This document shows, one piece after another, positions 24,963 through 28,314 of a stretch of DNA of 28,314 nucleotides. The stretch is from Candidatus Woesearchaeota archaeon (GTDB lineage Archaea; Nanobdellota; Nanobdellia; Nanobdellales; CAZNIQ01). The translations under genes and the position numbers were made by a program. The stretch's first letter is position 1; the number at the start of each line of letters is the position of its first letter. The stretch is taken from positions 1 to 28,314 of the forward strand of contig CAZNIQ010000006.1 of assembly GCA_964573185.1 (NCBI GenBank), written 5' to 3'. The notes beneath the pieces are model-generated. The model ran no database searches and was not told the DNA's origin. It was given only the letters and a program-made list of their open reading frames with translations.

Positions 24963-25022
24963 CGGGTCGGGCGGACCCGGAGAGCATCCCGGCCCGCTAT
25001 GATCCGGGTCAATCGCGGGGTC
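24963..25022. ncRNA. Unassigned GC-rich structured element (candidate small RNA or bidirectional terminator hairpin)
   Basis: This 60-nt GC-rich island fills the convergent trpS / MBL-hydrolase spacer and is flanked by A/T tracts. GACCCGG (24974-24980) can pair with CCGGGTC (25004-25010). An alternative nested hairpin pairs GCGG (24971-74) with CCGC (24994-97) and CCGG (24977-80) with CCGG (24989-92). GGGTC occurs three times. The strand is undetermined. Confidence 0.35.
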
Positions 25023-25030
25023 TTTCCATT

Positions 25031-25684
25031 TTATTTAACTAAGGGTTCCAAGATCACTACCTCCGTTACCCCTTCTAGAGATTTCTTTAATTCTTCGAGA
25101 ACCCCTGGTTCTATCTTTAATTCTGGTAAATAATTATAATGCATAGGTATAAAGTATTTCGGTTTTATAACTTTAACAGCCTCAATAGCCTCTTTATAAT
25201 CCATCGTATAAGTTCCCCCTATCGGTAATAAAGCTACAGTAATATTTTTTAGTTCCTTCATTTCCGGAATGAAATCTGTATCTCCTGCATGGTAAATCCT
25301 AACACCATCCAAATCTAAAATATATCCAACGCCTCTTCCTTTTGGATGAAATGGTTTATTAACATTATAAGCGAAAACTGTTTCAAATTTTAAATCTCTT
25401 GCAGAATACTCCCTACCAGGCTCAACTACAAATATATTTTTAGTAACCCTTTTTACTTTGTTTTCACAAACTTTTGGACAAATAACTAATGTATCTTCTT
25501 TCAATATTCTTTTTAGAGCATTTAAATCACAATGATCAAAGTGCTCATGTGTTATAAAAACGTAATCTGCTTTTTCTTCTTTATCCAAGACAAAAGGATC
25601 GATGTATATTACTTTATCTTTCCAATAAATTCTAAAAGTAGCGTGTCCGATCCATTCTATTTTTACATTCTCTATTTGGAACAT
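25031..25684 (-). CDS. Metallo-beta-lactamase-fold hydrolase (UPF0173-like)
   Basis: MFQIENVKIEWIGHATFRI....VIYIDPF ... YVFITHEHFDHCD carries the HxHxDH motif, and a later HAGDT follows. I place the start at the ATG at 25684. The ORF-track extension to 25840 is hydrophobic nonsense overlapping the divergent gene. Confidence 0.8.
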   Translation of the reverse strand: MFQIENVKIEWIGHATFRIYWKDKVIYIDPFVLDKEEKADYVFITHEHFDHCDLNALKRILKEDTLVICPKVCENKVKRVTKNIFVVEPGREYSARDLKFETVFAYNVNKPFHPKGRGVGYILDLDGVRIYHAGDTDFIPEMKELKNITVALLPIGGTYTMDYKEAIEAVKVIKPKYFIPMHYNYLPELKIEPGVLEELKKSLEGVTEVVILEPLVK

Positions 25685-25717
25685 GCTTAAATATTTGAAA
25701 GGAGGAATAAAAGATTT

Positions 25718-26197
25718 ATGGGAGAAGTGATTTATGAGAAGAAATTCAAGTACAAAGGACCAATGGATGTTAAACAAGTTTATAAAACTATCAAAGACTA
25801 TTTGGATTCTAAAGGATATGATGTTATAGAAAAGAAGCATGAAGAAGAAGTAAAAGAAGATGGTTCAAGAAGTATCTCTATAGAATTAGAAGCTGAGAAA
25901 GAACCTATTGAAGATTATGTGAAATACAAAATGTCTATTGAAATATCTTTTGATAACGTAAAGAAAGCTGTAGTTGATGGAAAGGAAATGGATGATGGAG
26001 AATTCGAAATAAAAGTAAAATCCGAAATGGAAACTTCAGAAAAAGTTTTTGGTGAAGGACCACTAAACAAATTCTGGAAAGCTTTGTTTGAAAAATATTT
26101 AATTGGTTCAGAATATAAACAATGGAAAAAACAAGGATCCAAGGAAGCTGATGGGTTAATACAGGAAATTAAAAAGATTTTAGGAACTAGAATATGA
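25718..26197 (+). CDS. Hypothetical K/E-rich protein, paralogue A of a tandem pair
   Basis: 159-aa ORF preceded by GGAGG about 13 nt upstream. It shares the N-terminal K.KY.GP.D.K..Y....D.L....Y and a later G(D/E).EI..KS block with the next ORF. Confidence 0.55.
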   Translation: MGEVIYEKKFKYKGPMDVKQVYKTIKDYLDSKGYDVIEKKHEEEVKEDGSRSISIELEAEKEPIEDYVKYKMSIEISFDNVKKAVVDGKEMDDGEFEIKVKSEMETSEKVFGEGPLNKFWKALFEKYLIGSEYKQWKKQGSKEADGLIQEIKKILGTRI

Positions 26198-26742
26198 TCT
26201 GGGATTTTCTATTTCCTAAAGAAGAAGTTAAATGGGAAGAGAAAGAAGAGGATGGGCCTTCAACTAAAGTGAAGTACTCTGGACCTTTTGATTTAAAGGG
26301 TTTGTATCAGAAGTTGCATGATTGGTTATCAGATAACGATTATACGGATATTCAAGTAGGACAAGATTATTACGAAACTTGGTATTATCATAAAGAAACG
26401 AAAGATGGTTTGATGTTTCTTAAGTTTAAATGGTCTGCAGTAAAGAAATTTTCAGATGAACCTGAAATAAAGCATTTTTTAAACATTACAGTTACTGTAG
26501 CACCTTACAATAAGAATTTAAAGAAAGGAGATCTGGAAATAGAAATAAAATCAAAAAGAAAATGGAAAGAACCAAAAGAAGAGGGCTCTTTTTATATAAG
26601 AGAGGGAGCGAAGAGATATAAAAAAGATAAGTTAAAACCAAAGTTAAAGGAGTCTGCAAAGAAGTTATATGAGGATGTTTATAAATTCAAGAAAGAGATA
26701 GAAGAATTCTTAAAAACTTATTATGTAACACCTTTGGTATGA
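26194..26742 (+). CDS. Hypothetical K/E-rich protein, paralogue B of a tandem pair
   Basis: 182-aa ORF with ATGA overlaps to paralogue A upstream and to rpl6 downstream. Its sequence blocks align with paralogue A. Confidence 0.55.
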   Translation: MIWDFLFPKEEVKWEEKEEDGPSTKVKYSGPFDLKGLYQKLHDWLSDNDYTDIQVGQDYYETWYYHKETKDGLMFLKFKWSAVKKFSDEPEIKHFLNITVTVAPYNKNLKKGDLEIEIKSKRKWKEPKEEGSFYIREGAKRYKKDKLKPKLKESAKKLYEDVYKFKKEIEEFLKTYYVTPLV

Positions 26743-27293
26743 GGAGACCTAAATTAGAAGAAGAAATACCTATACCAGATAACGTTGAAGTTAAATTAGA
26801 AGGGAATAAATTAATTGTAAAAGGGCCTAAAGGGGAAAATGTAAGGGAGTTCTTCCATCCAAAAATAAAAATCTCTGTAGAAGATAAGAAAATCAAATTA
26901 ACATGTTACTTTCCAACAAAAAGAGAGAAAAGAATATTCAACACATGGGTAAGCCATATAGAGAACATGATTAAAGGTGTAACAGAAGGATTTAGATATA
27001 AGTTAAAGATAGTTTATACGCACTTCCCTATGAGAGTTAAGATCCAAGGTGATAAGCTAATCATTGAGAACTTCTTAGGAGAAAAGACACCAAGGATAGC
27101 AAAAATATTACCAGGTGTTAAAGTAAAAATTGAAGGAGATTATGTTATAGTGGAATCTCATGATATTGAGAAAGCTGGTCAAACTGCAGCAAATATAGAA
27201 CAAGCTTGTAGGATTACGGATAAAGATAGAAGGAAGTTCATTGATGGTATCTGGATTATAGAAAAACCCTACCAAAACTTGCTGGAAATGTAA
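26739..27293 (+). CDS. rpl6: Ribosomal protein uL6
   Basis: [24 protein letters not shown] is present, along with two uL6 repeats ([18 protein letters not shown]; [10 protein letters not shown]) and a C-terminal DRRKFIDGI. Confidence 0.93.
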   Translation: MRRPKLEEEIPIPDNVEVKLEGNKLIVKGPKGENVREFFHPKIKISVEDKKIKLTCYFPTKREKRIFNTWVSHIENMIKGVTEGFRYKLKIVYTHFPMRVKIQGDKLIIENFLGEKTPRIAKILPGVKVKIEGDYVIVESHDIEKAGQTAANIEQACRITDKDRRKFIDGIWIIEKPYQNLLEM

Positions 27294-27329
27294 TTTTTAT
27301 TTTTATTATAAATTATTTTTCAGCCAAGT

Positions 27330-27354
27330 TTTTATTCTCTTAAAAAGAATAAAA
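27330..27354. terminator. AT-rich inverted repeat in the convergent rpl6 / S-layer spacer
   Basis: TTTTATTCT (27330-27338) pairs with AGAATAAAA (27346-27354) around a 7-nt loop. The repeat is flanked by T-runs on both strands (TTTTTATTTTT directly after the rpl6 stop). The stem is weak for a thermophile, so the T-tracts may be the real signal. Confidence 0.25.
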
Positions 27355-27379
27355 TTGAATTAAAAAATTAAGAAAAAAC

Positions 27380-28314
27380 TTATCTAGAGATTGTTACTTC
27401 TTCTTTTCCTTCAAATACTTCTGCGTTCTTTCCTTCTGCTATGTATTCTGCTAACATTCTTGCAGCTTTTCTAGTATCTTGTGCTTCCCATCCAGCTACT
27501 AATACTGCTACCTTTCCACCTTCTTCTACTACCTTTACTAATGCTGCATTTTCTGGTATTCCTGATGCTGCTCCACATGCTGGGTATGTCTTGTTTAATA
27601 ATTCTGCAGCTACTCTGTTTATACATGGTCCACCTACTACTATTAATCCTTCATATTCTCCTTTATACCATGGTTGTGGAACTTCTGTGTCTAACATACC
27701 TACTTGTCCTACTGGTAATGGTACTATTTCTTCTGTCTTAACAGATTCTGGTACTTTTACTTCTTTTACTTTCCATTCAGTTCCTGGTACGGTTCCTCCT
27801 ACTTTTACTGTTTTAGTTTCAGTTACAGTTTCTGCTTTTGTTGGTACTAATTTAATATCGTATGTTCTAACTTCGTCAGGTATATAAACTGTTACTTTAT
27901 CTAATCCATCGTCGTTTATATACTTTTCTACATAAACTCCGAGATCGTTTAACCATACTTTGTAATCGTCACCTTTATCTTCTGGATCTATTGGTTGAGC
28001 ACGTAGTTCGTCAATTTGATCATATACTTTTACATCTGCATCTGCTAATTTATCTCCAGCCCCAGAGTTATTGTTGTCATCGATTATTAGCTCTACTAAT
28101 CTTGGATCAGTTTCTGCTTCATCAACACCAGCATAATCTTTTATTAATGTAATCTTTACTTCAGTTTCATTATCTTTGTTTAAATCTTTTTGTATAGCAT
28201 CTAATATTACTTCGTTTTGTAAGTATAACTTTAACTCGTCCTTTAAGACGCTGTTCGGGTCGTCCAAATCTACATTTTTGAATATTAACATACTCTTATT
28301 GTTGATATCAGCTA
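27380..28314 (-). CDS. Putative S-layer / cell-surface protein, C-terminal part (5' end beyond the window)
   Basis: The frame stays open upstream of the tracked Met to the window edge (..ADINNKSMLIFKN). The C-terminal LIVVGGPCINRVAAELL ... AALVKVVEEGGKVAVLVAGWEAQDTRKAARMLAEY resembles the conserved C-terminal module of euryarchaeal-type S-layer proteins. Composition is rich in T, V, D, G and E, and codon choice differs visibly from neighbouring genes. Confidence 0.5.
   Translation of the reverse strand, partial: ADINNKSMLIFKNVDLDDPNSVLKDELKLYLQNEVILDAIQKDLNKDNETEVKITLIKDYAGVDEAETDPRLVELIIDDNNNSGAGDKLADADVKVYDQIDELRAQPIDPEDKGDDYKVWLNDLGVYVEKYINDDGLDKVTVYIPDEVRTYDIKLVPTKAETVTETKTVKVGGTVPGTEWKVKEVKVPESVKTEEIVPLPVGQVGMLDTEVPQPWYKGEYEGLIVVGGPCINRVAAELLNKTYPACGAASGIPENAALVKVVEEGGKVAVLVAGWEAQDTRKAARMLAEYIAEGKNAEVFEGKEEVTISR

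Noticed and set aside
24963-25022. GC-rich element as a tRNA, a split-tRNA half, an H/ACA or C/D sRNA, or a CRISPR repeat.
   Set aside because: No acceptor/T-arm/D-arm geometry fits on either strand. GGGTCAATCG only superficially resembles a T-loop, and its flanks are not complementary. There are no complete C/D boxes and no ACA tail. It is a single copy with no spacer periodicity. It is therefore kept only as an unassigned structured element.
25685-25840. N-terminal 52-aa extension of the MBL hydrolase ORF.
   Set aside because: The extension is hydrophobic nonsense and overlaps the divergent paralogue-A gene and its promoter. The family N-terminus (MFQIENVKIEWIGHATF) begins at the internal ATG at 25684.
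27441-27887. Two overlapping + strand ORFs (27441-27887 and 27481-27741) opposite the S-layer-like gene.
   Set aside because: Their translations are monotonous (L-rich or T/S/P-rich), which is typical of the antisense of a biased, T-rich coding strand. The minus-strand frame has a recognisable conserved C-terminal module.
1-28314. CRISPR arrays, IS elements / transposases, integrases, viral genes and rRNA operons.
   Set aside because: Scanning by eye found no periodic repeats, no terminal inverted repeats flanking an ORF, and no DDE, tyrosine- or serine-recombinase or capsid-like translations in any tracked ORF. Only one tRNA and one C/D sRNA are evident.

Overview
This is a strongly AT-rich, very gene-dense stretch of archaeal chromosome with about 40 credible CDS, many joined by ATGA or TAATG start/stop overlaps. 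The proteins are rich in K, E, I and Y, and the RNA genes are almost fully G:C-paired islands in AT-rich DNA, which points to a hyperthermophile. An eS26 gene, a two-subunit (alpha/beta) tRNA-splicing endonuclease and ribosomal-protein genes scattered outside their usual clusters suggest a TACK- or Nanoarchaeota-like lineage with a rearranged, possibly reduced genome; this is inference. Core content: PheRS alpha and beta, SerRS, TrpRS, eS26, uS2, uL6, TFB, the Pop5-PsmA-SBDS part of the archaeal exosome superoperon, a Trm10-like methyltransferase, a DUF151 nuclease, EndA alpha and beta, tRNA-Ser(UGA) and one textbook C/D box sRNA. Accessory or unknown content, in window order: (a) a fused NTase/HEPN-like protein; (b) a decayed flavin-reductase-like pseudogene; (c) a tightly coupled operon of membrane ClpP-fold (SDH) protease, KaiC-like ATPase, AI-2E permease and DHH phosphoesterase; (d) a wHTH gene translationally coupled to a minimal ROK-like gene and two membrane proteins; (e) VapBC; (f) three unknown genes behind rps2; (g) a single-chain ChlI-like AAA+ ATPase fused to a vWA domain; (h) an unassigned 60-nt GC-rich structured element; (i) two tandem paralogous unknown genes translationally coupled to rpl6. 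I saw no CRISPR array, transposase, integrase or provirus. The best candidates for something undescribed are (c), (g), (i) and (h). All family assignments come from motifs recognised by eye, not from searches.
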